A DNA stretch of 64,000 nt from Dimorphilus gyrociliatus. Its lineage: Eukaryota > Animalia > Annelida. Under the pieces are notes generated by a model that worked only from the letters and a program-made list of their open reading frames with translations, had not been told where the DNA came from and made no database searches. Made by a program: the position numbers and the translations under genes. The stretch covers positions 1,222,156 through 1,286,155 of the forward strand of contig CAJFCJ010000013.1 of assembly GCA_904063045.1 (NCBI GenBank), written 5' to 3'. This document shows positions 40,050-54,200 of this stretch, piece after piece (within the stretch, counting starts at the first letter, position 1; the number at the start of each line of letters is the position of its first letter).

Positions 40050-42643
40050 CTATTTTGGGTCATGATCGAACATTCTTTGTTCTTCGTCGAGAGGTACCAT
40101 TCCTTTAACAGATTCGACATTGAAATCGTCAACAGAAGGAAAGTCTTTATTGTGTTCCTGTTATTAAAAGGGATTATGTAAACACACGCCACGTAGTGGG
40201 TCTATTGTATTTATGGAAATGTATTACAAATATTGTATACATAGGTAAAAAGACTTACATCTTTTGGGGCCGACATTTTATTGAAAACTCTCATGTACTT
40301 CTCTTTCTCCGCCTTCAATTGTCCTTTTAACTCCTTTTCACTTCTTAAACGGTAGGAAGCGGCTATTTTATTATTGCCATTTATTAAAAGAACGCTATTA
40401 AACTGTTCTACGGCTTCTTTAAAAGACTTTAATCTATAATAGGCCTATAAATTGAAAAAACCATTTTTAATCTGAATGCAACATAATATTTCCTGAATAA
40501 TTACTGTTCCAAGTCTAAAGAGAGTTTTTTCATCATTCTTTCTAACAGATAGCGACTGTTTACACTCGTCGATGGCTTCGTAGTTAAGCTCCAAGTTAAG
40601 GCTACATTGAGCAGCATTGGAAATTGCCGTTGCCATTAAAGACTCCATTTCTTCATGCTCTTTCGTATTATCAGAACAAAAAGCTAACTTACAATTCTCG
40701 TAAATGTCTTTGTAAATCGATCGAGAGATGTCATACCGTTTCCGCTTTAGAGAAAATGTTGTTTAGTTAATTAAAGAAGAGGATTTGTGAAATGTACAAA
40801 CTGTGAAAAGCTCTTTGGCGCAATCCTTCTTCATCGTACAGCATTTCAGTAATTCGCTTCTCGATAATCCGGCATTTTTAAGAGCCTATCGAATATATAA
40901 TTATTTGTAGTTTTATCTTTTCTTTCCTCTAAATACTTATTACGAACATCGACAAAATTCAGTAAAGTTATTTCGTAAACAATATCCTGTTTCGGTTGAA
41001 TATTAAACGGTTTGTATCCGTACTTTCCGTAAGCTTGACTAGATTTTATGTAGAATTTAGCTTTTTCACCTAATGTTAGATTTTTAATAGCCAACACAAC
41101 TCCATTGACAATATTCCTCTCACGCGCTTCGCACAAAACGAAACTTTCAATCCTCTTATCGAATATTTGATCTTTTACGAATCCGATTAATTCGACTGTA
41201 GTAATTAAAAAACAGATAAGATATTTGTAAAATATCGTTAATAATGTCTATCATCATAATAAGCTTAAAAGAATAACAAGTGCTTTATTCCTCCTACCTG
41301 TGACGAAAGTGTCCATATTCTCTATTGTTAGATTGTCAACGCCTTTAATAATCGTATGTTTAATGATGCACCTATTTTGTTTTATCGAAATATCTTCTCC
41401 TATGGATGAATTACGATTAAACAAGTTAATTAGTATTTAATAAAATAGTCTTTAAGTGAAATGTTTAGAACCTTTATCAACTGAATGGACAACGATGTAA
41501 ATGACTGTATCCTCCCCCGTAGGAAAAGCAGGACTTTCCTTGAATAGGTGACTCTTTTGAGATTCTAAATCACATAAATACAAGGCTCTTTCATATAATT
41601 TCATAGATTGGAGAAGAGAAGTAATACAAGGAAGGAATTTATCTGTAACAACATGATGTTAATTAGTATTCTAGACACTATTGAAATTATACTTATACTA
41701 ACTATCTCCTACGGTAATAGGAAGAACATCTGACTCAGTTAAGTTACTTTCAAGTACTGTTCCGTTTCTTCTTAGTATTGCGTATCCAATTTCGACATGT
41801 TGGTTCAATTGTAAGAAAGGACCATTGCCTTCTTCCAGGGTCATTTTTAAAATTTTATAGCCATTATCATTTGGTAATTGTTCGAAATTATCTTTCGTAA
41901 CAATCCCTTTAACAAAATTACTAAGTTTATCTAGGGATTGATCAGCAGTTGATCTAAAAAAAGAAAGTAATTCGTATTTAGAAAATCCATGAGATTAAAA
42001 ATCCCAACTAAGAAAAGGATTTTATAGAATAGCCGCTAATCTGACTTACTGTATATACAAGTAAATATATTTAAATACTATACTATCTCATAAAATACAA
42101 TTTTTGTTATACAACCATTAGGACATACTGTGCTAAATCTTATTTCTTTTTCTCTTCCTAAGTTAAAATCCGTGACAAACACAAACTATACTATTTAAAT
42201 TAGAATAGAGAATTTTGTCCGTAAAATGGAACATTCTATCATATCCATTTCATTCATAAAATACTAACTGATGATACACTTAATTAATTCAAACTTAACA
42301 CCTTTTACATTTAGGCGGAAAAACTATAATTGTATATAACAGAAAATTATTCTTAATAATTTTTAATAATTATGACAAAAATCTTTAATTTTAATAAAAA
42401 AATAAGGTAAAAATTACATTTTTAAATATAAATTAGTCTAATTTATGAGTGGGGAACAGTTTGCAACTATTGCATTGTTCTCGTTTAATGAAAAGCACTT
42501 TTAATCATTTTTTTTTTCTTTGAGCGATATAGACAGACATATTTAAAAAAAATTTTTTTCTTTCGGATCAAAGTGAACGAAACTTTAACTTACACTTTTA
42601 TGGATTGGTTATTAGCATTTCTAGACTCTTCAATATTTGGCAT
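40050..42643 (-). CDS. Divergent FKBP4/5-like immunophilin (two FKBP domains plus TPR), about 8 exons
   Basis: FK2-like IVNGVVLAIKNLTLGEKAKFYIKSSQAYGKYGYKPFNIQPKQDIVYEITLLNF, TPR-like AISNAAQCSLNLE and EKTLFRLGTAYYRL, and C-terminal EKEKYMRVF. First exon (42643-42594) is inferred from a phase-2 splice match. Confidence 0.75.
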
Positions 42644-43170
42644 AATTAACTTTGTTATTGTTTTATTTGTTTAGATATAAAACAAAAGTACAAGATTCGT
42701 GCTTTGTAAACTATATAATCTGGTACGAAATAGACATTTTCTGGAAAGGTGTTACTAAATACCAAATAAACTGGTCCTACTTAATTCAGGGTCAAGATTT
42801 CAATAATGAAACTAGCTAACCTTGGTCGTATCATATAAAAAGTCTATTTTTTGTAGTAACATTTTCCTTTGTTGGGATTTCATTAAAAAGAATAAGGGTT
42901 CTATTATCACTTCGGTCTAATTTATTGACTTTGCAACTTTGTTTTATTGTCAAAAATTGACTATTTGTTAAAATTAGTATAGTTGTAAGCATTTTCATTT
43001 TGTTGGTTAAGTATAAAATATTATTAATTACATCCAACAAGATGTCGCTAGTGCTTTTAAAAAGTAGAGGTCTTGACTGGAAAAATACAAGCAGCTGATC
43101 GTAAGCGACAAGGATAAAAGTTCCGTTTTTAGCAGTTTATAAATTCAACTGTGAAACGCAATAATCGAAA

Positions 43171-45998
43171 ATGCTAAGATTAAAAAAGAGCTTCGATTAT
43201 TCAATATCGATCTTGAGAAATTATGCTCATGTTACACTTAAAAATGGATGTAGGGCAAGCTCTACATACAATCAGGTCATAAATCCTTTTCCCGCCACGT
43301 ATAAAGACGTCTATGAAAAATCGTTGAAGAATCCAGAAGAGTTTTGGGCAGAGGCTGCTGAGCAAATTAGCTGGTTCAAAAAATGGGATAGGGTCCTGGA
43401 TAATTCCAATGAGCCATTCACTAAATGGTTTCTATAGAGACAATAACAGACTAATAAGGAATATATACACCCATTTTTTTCCTTATATAGGTTCGCTGGA
43501 GGTGAATTAAATACAGTCTATAATGCCGTGGATCGTCACGTGGACAACGGCTTTGGCGATTCCCTAGCTATTATACACGATAGTCCAGTTACAAATACAA
43601 TAAGAAAGATGACATTCAAGGAATTACAAGAAGAAGTCTCCAAATTTGCTTTTGTCTTGAGGAAACACGGTATTGAAAAAGGTGACAGAGTCTTAATTTA
43701 TATGCCAATGGTACCAGAAGCAGTTGTTGCTATGTTAGCAATTGCCAGAATAGGAGCTGTTCATTCGTTGGTCTTTGGAGGATTTGCCTCTAAAGAATTG
43801 GCCAGTAGAATAAGTCATGCTCAAGTTCGTGTGTTAAATATGCAAATTAATTTCAATGTTATGAGGGGAAAGGATGCGGGAAGATGTTGGGTTTCTTATT
43901 AATTAGTATAATTATCTAACTGGTTCTTTTTTGGGGTTCTTTTTCAGCCGAAATTAATTGTTAGCTGCAACTGTGGAGTAGAACCGAATAGGATCGTCGA
44001 TTACAAACCACTTCTAGACATGGCCATTGAATTCTCCTCCTTTAAGCCTCAGACATGCATTATATATAATCGTAAAGAAACGGATGTAAGTAAATTACAT
44101 GTCGTTTTTTATTTTATTAAGCATACTTTATATGTCTATTAGTGCTGATTTTTCATAGAAAAACACATCTTCTCCATACAAATAGTATATATTGCCTATG
44201 TACTAGATTATTACAAACACGTATATAGATGTATATATACAGTATATATCTTTACTGCAGTTTGCGGACGCCCCTTTGGTGAAAGGTAGAGACGTATGCT
44301 ATCAAGAAGAGATGAGTGGAGCTAGAAGTGTCGATTGTGTTCCAGTTTCCGCTACAGATCCCCTATATATTCTATATACATCTGGGACTACGGGACTACC
44401 CAAGGTTTAACCCCCAATTAACATAGTTGATTAAATCAGGCGGTATAGTATAGTGGAATGTTTTTTCTTTGTAGGCTGTCGTTAGACCCAGCGGCGGTAA
44501 TGCTGTAGTTCTGAATTGGTCCATGAAAAATATATACGGTTTAGAACCTGATGACGTAAGCGATTTGTCGAAATATTATTATTAACTGATTTTCAAATTG
44601 TTTTCCATTTGTTATTAGGTTTGGTTTGCGGCGTCGGATTTAGGTTGGGTTGTTGGACACTCATATATTGTTTATGCACCACTTTTACATAGAAATACAA
44701 CAATACTATACGAGGTATGTATATAATCGAATAGTCGTTAAATGTCAATATAACTTAATCAACACAAAACTATTCTTATATAAGGGTAAACCGGTTAATA
44801 CCCCTAATCCGGGCGCCTATTTCCGAATGTTCTCGGAGCACAACGTAACGGCTATGTTTGTCGCCCCTACCGCATTAAGAGCTATTAGGAGGGAAGATCC
44901 GGACGCAGATTACGTTAAACCGTATAGTTTTCCAAATTTGAAGTATCTCTTCGTTGCCGGAGAGCATTGCGACCATGAAACTATGGAGTGGATCAGAAAT
45001 ATAATTAAAGTACCAATTTTGGATAATTGGTGGCAAACTGAAACTGGATCAGCTATTACAGCTACTAATGTAGGCCTCGGGAATGATCTATATCCACCTT
45101 CAGGCGTTGCCGGTAAACCAGTACCAGGATGGGATTTACGTGTCATTCGCAAAGACACTACTGAATGTAACAATTACGAATTAGGTCAAATTGTTGCCAA
45201 GCTGCCTTTACCTCCAACGTGCCTTTCTACTCTTTGGGAAGCAGATGATCGATTTCAAGAATTATATTTCTCCAAATATCCAGTAATTTGTTTAAATATA
45301 AATTTTTAACCATCTATATGATGTTTCTTTCCTCTGTTTCCACTTGGAAAACAAAACATTAGGGCTATTACGATACAATGGACTCTGGTTACAGAGATGA
45401 ATTCGGAAATATTGCAGTTATGGCCAGATCGGATGATGTTATCAACGTTGCCGGACACCGTTTGTCGACAGGTCAATTAGAAGAAGCTATTCTTGAAGAT
45501 GATGAATTAGCCGAATGCGCTGTGGTTGGAACTCCTGATCCAGTTAAAGGACAAGTTCCATTAGGCTTGGTTGTATTAAAGCACGGTTAGGAGTTTTAGA
45601 TATTTTTTTCCGTTGTTTTATTCTTTGTCTGTCAACTAACCATTTCTATGCAGTTAAATGTAAATATTAGATGGTATAATTTGATAGTTTTTACGTATTT
45701 CGCTTGTTATTCATTTTTTACATTTAAAGGTCAAGCCGATAACCCAGAAAAGATTAAAGACAGAGTAATAAAAGCTGTAAGAGAGCATGTTGGACCAGTA
45801 GCTGCTTTCAAGACAGTCGTCATTGTACCCGGTCTACCGAAGACAAGATCAGGAAAAATAGCAAGGAATACGATAGCAGCAATGGCGGCAGGAAAACCTT
45901 TTAAAATTCCTGTAACGATAGAGAATCCAAATATCTATTTGGATATGGAGAAAGCATTCATTGAGGCTGGCTTTAACCCCACACCGCCACCAGTTTAG
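43171..45998 (+). CDS. ACSS3: Acyl-CoA synthetase short-chain family member 3, mitochondrial (propionate-CoA ligase-like)
   Basis: Presequence, [72 protein letters not shown] and LPKTRSGKI. Confidence 0.93.
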
Positions 45999-46198
45999 AA
46001 ATATTTTACCCTATTAACAAGTCTAATTAGTTATAACAATAAACAAAAATATTCTATTTTCAAAGAAAACTTGGGCAAACAAAAGCAGAATATCTTTTAT
46101 ATAAATTTTATTTTAACCACCAAATCCCCTCTTTTTATATTTTTTCGATTTTGTTTTGTTACTTTTTTAAGGGTATAATCTTTTTCTTCACAAATTTT

Positions 46199-48038
46199 CT
46201 ATTTTCTTGGCTTAACACTTTCTGCAATATTCTTACAAAAGACTCTTTCGGGTGTTGAAGTGGAAGCCGTTGCCGATCTTGTTCGTTGTCTACCGTAAAC
46301 GTCGAAAGGGGTACTAAACGCTAATCCACCTGAATTTAAAGCTAATTCGTCATAGGATTTGTAATGGCCGTAAGGCGTCGCCCAGACAAAGTAATCGCGT
46401 TTTGTCGATACTTCCCAAGGATTCAGATCGGAAGAAACCTTTTAAATATAAGTATTTTCACTTTCGTCTAAAATAACAGTAATAGAATAAAACTTACATT
46501 TTCGGCGCTAACCGAACGCTTAATTTTTCTCGGCGTAACTTGCATCTGTCGTTTCATCGGCGTACCAGTTGTCTGACAAGATGGCAAATTTTCGCTTTTA
46601 TTTTTTTGAACATCCACCATCCATAATAGTCTTAAACCACATGCGTAGCTTATCATCTATCGATAACAGATATAATATAATTAAAAAGGAAGTCTAATAA
46701 ATCATTTTAACATAATTTATATAAAATAGGAGCGAGATACAAAAGTAAATTTATAGTTGTATAAGAATATACATATATATATATACTGTATATATTGTCT
46801 TTTTGTATTATTAACATTGTTTCCATCAATCTAGATAATTAATACCTTTTAAGGGTGGAAATAAAAGATTATTATCTAATGCATCCGTCTATTACATTGA
46901 TATTACTAATATACAGTATATATACTATAAAAGTTAATTAATAATTGGAAGTAAGCCTAACTTTCTTCTTACCTGAAGAAAGGTTGTTGCGAAGCCTATA
47001 ATTATAAGGATTACTAGGAATCTCTTTATTTCTGCCATCTCTTTCGGACACTAGAAATAATTACGGTAATATTAAAATATATTTAAATAAATTAATTAAT
47101 ATTCATAAATCAATTAATAATTACAAAATTTGTACTTACATTGCATAATATTGAGATTTGAACGAAACCCTATTTAAATACAATATATAAGATTTTTAAA
47201 GGTGAAATAATGTCAATTTTTTTCAGTCTATAGATGTCTTTTTTTTTGTGTAAAAAGATTTATTTACCTCACTCAAAAACATGGCGTAGTTACAGGATAA
47301 CCCAACATTTAAGGCTATCGAAACAAAGGCGAGAACCAAGTACTGTTATGGTTTTATCATCAATATAATCAAAATATTGTATGTATCATGAAATTTGTAT
47401 AGAATATAGAGTAGAAGGAACATTCTTAAATAAAACATGTAGAACGTTATAAGCTATTAAACAACCTTCTGCTACTACTACTATTTTAATTAATCAGCTT
47501 GTTTTCATATGAACAAACAGAGATAAAAAGGATAATACTTACCACAGTAATTAGTTTTATATTAGCTAAAACTGCGACTAAATAGGCTATGACACAAGAA
47601 AAAATCGTAAACCCAGATACACCCATTGCAAAACCTATTTTTTTAATAAAAAAAAAGAATATTCCTTTTAACTTATTCTTAAAAATGAAATTGATAAAGA
47701 ATATTGTACCAGTTTTTTCCAACATTTTTTCGTCTATAAGCTTTTTTTCTCTTATATTAGTAAGACTAGGTAACAATAACATCAATATGCTTATCATCAA
47801 ACTAGCCACGTTCATTATCTATTATGGAGAAGAGGGAAAATGCTTGACAATTATAATGAATCTTTAAATTTCTATATACCGTTAGAATAGCATTTATTCC
47901 GGCTAAACAAGCTCTTAAATTGATAGCCACTGGCTTATCATCAACCAACATCTTTTTTTTCTTCCACAGCATCATTCCAGGTGGGGATACGAATTCTTCG
48001 TCACTGGCACGACTAAAATGACAATTAAATGAACCCAT
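46199..48038 (-). CDS. Orphan four-transmembrane (tetraspan-topology) protein with a cytoplasmic tail, 8 exons
   Basis: Phase-consistent exons give four hydrophobic segments (AGINAILTIMNVASLMISILMLLL; GFAMGVSGFTIFSCVIAYLVAVL; VYLVLAFVSIALNVGLSCNYAMFL; FLVILIIIGFATTFLQMISYACGL) and a tail ending VKPRK-stop at 46199. No family recognised. Confidence 0.65.
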
Positions 48039-48304
48039 TCATTCGCTTTTCAACAATTTACCCTATTAACCAACAAGTACTCTCTCTCTCCTTACTTGTT
48101 CTGTAATGTCGAGTGACTAAAACCTAAAGAACTCACTCAATTTTAAATAAAAAGTTAATAAAAAATACAGACAAGGATTTTTTTAGACGCAAAGAAAGTG
48201 TTAAACAAAGTTTTGTCATTTTATTTCAATATAACAGCATAGATTAAACCTTTATAAAAATTGCATTGAAAGAATGTGTATAATAGTAATAGGATTAATA
48301 ATAT

Positions 48305-48307
<3 letters not shown>

Positions 48308-48343
<36 letters not shown>
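48308..48343. repeat. (TA)n microsatellite
   Basis: TA run of about 36 nt. Confidence 0.9.
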
Positions 48344-48347
<4 letters not shown>

Positions 48348-48977
48348 GTATTCATTTATTTATAAACAATTTCTATAACTCTTATAAGGACAAAAAAATT
48401 GGCATAGTTTATATTTGTTTTGGAATGTATAATAAATAAAAAAATAGGAAGAAAATGTAACTGTATGATAACGACTAAAAGTGTAACATTTTCTATATGA
48501 ATTAAGTCGTTAAAAGTCATTTTTTTTTCCATCTTTTTAATTATCTTCTCTTTTTTTGGAATAAATTCAAAAATACTTTTAAAACGAAAGACTCAACATC
48601 AAGAAAGCTCAAATAATTTTTGTTTGTTTATTTGTTTGTTTTTTTTTTTTTTTTTTTTTTATTAATTTTGTTTTAATGCCAAAAATTCTTGGCAACTTTT
48701 ATCTGAACAAGAAATATATTTATATATAATGTACAGTAAATGTATATATAAATATATTATCTATCATTTCAATTTAAGAAAATTAATTTTATAATAATTT
48801 GTTTGTCTCTTTTTTTTTCCTTGATATAAATTTGACGCTTACTCTGGTTGTTGTAGAGTTATTTTTTTTCTCTACTTTCATTCTTTAGATTAAATTTCAT
48901 ACGTAAACATATCTATTGTATATAACAACCGGTATATACAATATATATATATTGAGGAAAATTATTGTTAATTGTTA

Positions 48978-51240
48978 TTATTGTTTCTGTTCCAATTCCC
49001 TAGCTAATTGATCTCTTTCATTTTGCAGTCGATTTACCCTAGTGGTAGTATTTGCTAATTGTTGGACAGCTGCTGCTCCGTCTTGCTGGAGTCTATCAAT
49101 TCTATATAGTAGTTGCTCGGATAAAGGTCTTGAAACATCGTTTCTCATATTCAATTTCTTTCCAATTGTTGCTAAGACATGTTCCAAGTGGAACAATCGG
49201 CCACGCAGCGCAGAATTATCTTCTTTTAAATGAGTTATATCATTTAGCATGTGCGCTACTTCAGTTTGATGCTTATCAATCAAGCTATTAAATCTTCTTC
49301 GCAAGTCGGTCATGTCATTATTCATACCTAAATAAAGACAATGGGATTAGTTGTATATACACATTACAATTTTAGATAAAACAATAGCATAAAATAGATA
49401 ACAGATTGAAAAGACCAACAATTGAAATGAAAAATAATTCTTACTATTTATATTTAATATTCTATCTTCTGTTCGAGTAATAACAGCATGTGAAATATTT
49501 AAATCAAGTGGAGCGGCACCGGGCGATGTATCCATGTAAGTTGGAGGTCGATCATTTAATAAAGTCAACTTTACTCGGTCAATAATTATTTTAACCGGAA
49601 AAACTTTTTCCGTAAGGACTTCATCCTCGAATAAATCGCCTAAATTCGTAACGGATGAGTTGCTTATTTTTAAATCTAGATCGCATATTTGAATATTCAA
49701 AGCCGAATCTTGATAACGTAATTTCACGGGAGGCTCATTACGTTTCGGTAAGAAATTATCCGCCTCAGCACCTCTATCTGTTCAATAAAAAAACAAGAAA
49801 ATAATTAGACTTATAAAAAATGGAAATAAAGAAAAACTATATATATATAAATATGAATAAATATATATATATACAGTATATATATATATATCTGTTTTTT
49901 TTTTAAAGCATCATCAAATAGAATACCAGTTATGTTGCTTGTTATATATATATTTTTTTTAAATTCTCCTTTCTTTTCTTCTCAATTTTATATCATTTTT
50001 ATTGATTTTTTTTTTGTTGCTTAAAAGTGCGTATTGTTTATATAAAAAAAAATGGAAAAGAAAAGAAAAATAAGAATAATCAGAATAAGAAAAAGAAGAA
50101 GATAATGAAAAAAGAATTATTTTAACAATAACAATAATAAAAATTGTAATAATAATAAAAAATAAAATAAAAGGAATACTATTATCTTTTAAATGGTATT
50201 TCTTTTAATTATCATTCTTTTTCTATATATAGTAATATATTTTATTAATAGATTTTTTTTTTGCTCTTCTTTTTCACTTCTTCTTTTTATTTTTTAAAAA
50301 GGAAAAAAATGTATAAATTAAAAGAAAAAATAGAATGGAATCAATGAATAAATATAAGGGTAAACAATCGATACGCGGGTAGAAAAAATGGAAATTCGAT
50401 AAGAGAAAAATCGAACAACACGATCGAAAGAATTAACATGCTTATTACACCGATTCTACTTACTGCTTGTCGCTAGATTGATTAGACAATATAGTTTTGT
50501 TAATCAATTGTAAATAATAATAAAGATATTTTTAAACTTCTTCTCATATTGTACAACTTTGGTTATATTTTATGCTTGAACTATATTACTTTATGCAACT
50601 TATACATGTACCTCTTAAAAACCTGCGCAAGAAAATGCTATAACATTGGCCAAACACAGGTTTGATTAGTCAGCCTGAAGGCTCATCTTTAATTGCCAGT
50701 TAAGGTTTGGCCAAGTTATAATTCAATTAACTTGCCTAGGGTGTGGCCAGGTTATAATTCAATTAACCTTCCTAAATGTTGAACCTTGTAACATTCTGTT
50801 ACTAAAGATAAATATGAACTACACAGTTCGGCAACTGTAAAGTTAGCAGAGGCAAACCTCAAAGTATATAAATCCTCACAATTTTCATTTTAAGCATTCG
50901 TGTCTCCAAGAACCTGGGAAGATAACCTCAAAACAACCTCCACTGGAGCCAACCTTCTAGTCCTCAACATTGGAAGACAGTTTGGTAATTTGGTAACCTG
51001 CTATTACGAACTATCTACTCTGCTATTGAACTCTCATATTGCACTTGCTTAAGTATTATTATTTTGAATAAACCATTTTTATTTAAACACTTGTTTAAAG
51101 GTTCGAGTAGAACCGGTATTGTTGTAACTTGCAAACGCATAAATTGGCCAGGCAAGAGCAGTACAATATGTTCCTTTGTTTTGTTTAGTTTTCTCTTGAT
51201 TTTTAAAACAAACAAAATAATGTTTTCTACTACTACTACT

Positions 51241-51273
<33 letters not shown>

Positions 51274-54200
51274 CGTAATTATGTGATAGCTGTATAATTT
51301 ACATACTATTTTTAGTGAATCAAACTAAACAATTTGAAAATAATGGAACTTTTAAGAAAGAATAAGGATACTATATATAAAATATTAATTAATACACTTA
51401 CCATTTATTATTTTGGCCTGAAAACTATCAACTGAGACATTACCGTATTCTCGTGGAACAACATGATCCACAGTGACGGCAACGACGAATGTATCCGAAC
51501 GATTATGGACAGCCAATTGAGCACCCAATATTCTTATAGCACTTATTGACGCTATAGATTTAAACCTATCTATTGATGATGTGACCGATGCATTGTCGTC
51601 CAAGGCCTCCTCACCAATTGAAACAGTCCCATCAGAGCTTGTACTCATTCTTCTCGTACTGATAAAAGCTGGTTCAACGATTCCATTTAGCACCTTCTGA
51701 ACGTACTCGTCATCAGCATCTGAACCTGAGCGAACTGAACTAACATCGTCAATGTCATCTTCTAAAGGCAGTCTCGTTGATGTTCTACTGGAAGACATGG
51801 GCGTACTGTTATGCTGACTAGAAACAGCATTGTCCAACGTCTCCATATCGTTACCATCTTCTACATGCCTTTTTGCATCAACCGAATCGTAGACAGCTTT
51901 TAAACCTGTTCTATCAGCTTCGTAATCTTCTGGCGCATCCAAATAACTGGGAGGAAGTTCTGGAATTCTTGGACATACAAAAGCCAATTCGATTTCTCGG
52001 ACAATAGCCGATAGGGAAACAGTCGACGATGAAGACTTGGACGTAGTTTGAGCAGCTTTCAGCAGTTTATCTTGAGTATCTTTTATGGCTTCAAGCAGCC
52101 TAAGCAAGAACAAATACTGATAATGATTTAATTCTACGGCGATTTTATGGCTTATGTTGAATAGAAACGAATAATCTGCATAGTTCTGATGACTAGTTTG
52201 AGCATTTGGCATTGTTAGCCAGATAGTTACTGGAAACGCCTCCACAAAATTAACAGGTCGCCTAGGGGAGCTTAAAACACCTATAAATTCAGCCCAAATC
52301 TGTTCGATATGCAAGCACCACAAGTCCCGATTCGATTTTGTATGCAGGGAATTAGTCCGTAAATTTACGTTGCCGTTCGGTGGTAAACGGCGACCTGCCA
52401 GCACGTCATTTATGCTAGAATCAAAGAACAAGTCAGCACTTTTTTGCACGTGATCTTCAAACACAGGCGGTAGGCATATCATGTCTGAAACGTGATTTGG
52501 AAAAGTTCGGGAGCAGAATAGAGAAGCGTCTTTAAACGAGCGTAGGGTAGATGCCAGTTGTTGTAGTGAAGTTTTGGCTTCCAGTTGAACGTTGGTTAAT
52601 ACTATTCTAGAGGCTTGTATTTGAACAGCGTGAGGTCTTTCTCTTTGGTTTTCGGTAGTTTCTGAAGGACCAGCTCGTAATATAATTCTAGGCATTAAAC
52701 TAGTTAATTTAATATTATAATGAGCGCTTTCTGTGGGCTTCGTCTTCTCTGTTTTTGACGTTAAGTTATTTAAAAGGCCTAGTACAAATGAATGTAGCCA
52801 GAGTATCGAAAGATAGTCTAGCTTCACCTTTATAGGATTGAAAACCGCGTATAAATTCGACGGTGGGACAGGATAATATTGTTGTGGGTCAGAATAGAAA
52901 TATTCGGTGAAATCAAAGTGTAAGGACGACATATCACTCGGAAGTAGCAACTGCTTTTTATCCGACATAATGAATTTCTTACTAGCACTACGTGTTTGGT
53001 GAGGTGTAGATACTCTATAGATAGCAAAATCCTCTAATTTAAATATAAGTCCATACTCTAGCAATTTATCTTTGCAGTCTGCAATCTTTAAACAGTCTTT
53101 TACCAGGTCTAATTGCTGTCGAAAATTATCAAGCAAATCTGACGCCCATTCGTATCTGGCTGCCATATTTTCGTCATAACCCGCCCACCAGGTTCTCTCT
53201 GCGCCTGCCTTATGATAAGGTTGAAAGTGCACTTCCATTCGAAAGAGGGACAATTGCATAGCGGCACCTGTGATTGCAGCATCACTTTCGTCGCATAAGT
53301 GAACGTCGACTCGTCCAGTATAAACGTGGTAGGAAGTATGGCGAGGATCGTGCTTAATAAACGCTCTATCACGATCGTTTAATTTCCTCTTGTCCTTTAC
53401 TCTGTTAATCGAAATGTCTTTATTATCAGTCATCCGTACGTTTTCTGTTCTGGCCTTATCGATCAGTTGTTTTAGGGATATTCCAAAAATGATTGCTGCT
53501 TTTAATTGAGTATCAGTTAAAACCCATAGTAAGTCGTCCAAGTGTAATTGTAATTTCGAAGAAATCATTTGGCAATCGCTCATCCTCTTTTTTAAAGTTA
53601 TCCTTAATTTGGCTTGATTTGATATTAATCTTAAAGGTGTAGTAAGGGCAGAATCTAAAAGGGCGTTAGCCTCAATCCTTAACGTTTGCCATCTTGCTTG
53701 TTTAAATATAATTACTTGAGTTCTAGCTTCATCTTTTAACCTAGTTTGTCGTAAATCATCTGCTCTAGCCCATAGGGGCGTGACACTATCCACAAGAATT
53801 CGTGAAATTTGTATAGATGCATGGAAGGTTGGTGATAAAAAATTAACGATTACTGAGTTTATCGACACAGTCATACCATCAACGATACTTTCAGTTAATC
53901 CATATCGTCCCTGTGCCATTTGGTACATTGGAGTAGTATTTTGCGGTCTTAATGTTTCACAGGTTTGCATATCAACGTGAACTTCGTCCAGATACTGCAA
54001 AATAAACAATAAATATCGATTACAAAGAAATTCAATATCATCCTTACAAGACATATTGGAGCGCTTTTTAATTTGGTCCATTGAATCTGTATTAAGCAAG
54101 TATTGAAGAAGTTATTCATAGGTCAACATTTTCGTTGATAAGAAATAGATAAAAAAAAATATACCTTTATTGCTACTCTATTAACAGAAGCGCTTTTAAT

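Noticed and set aside
51362-51369. GTATCCTT (U12-type donor-like) on the minus strand
   Set aside because: It lies inside an intron just downstream of a perfect U2 donor, and no matching U12 branch site was found.
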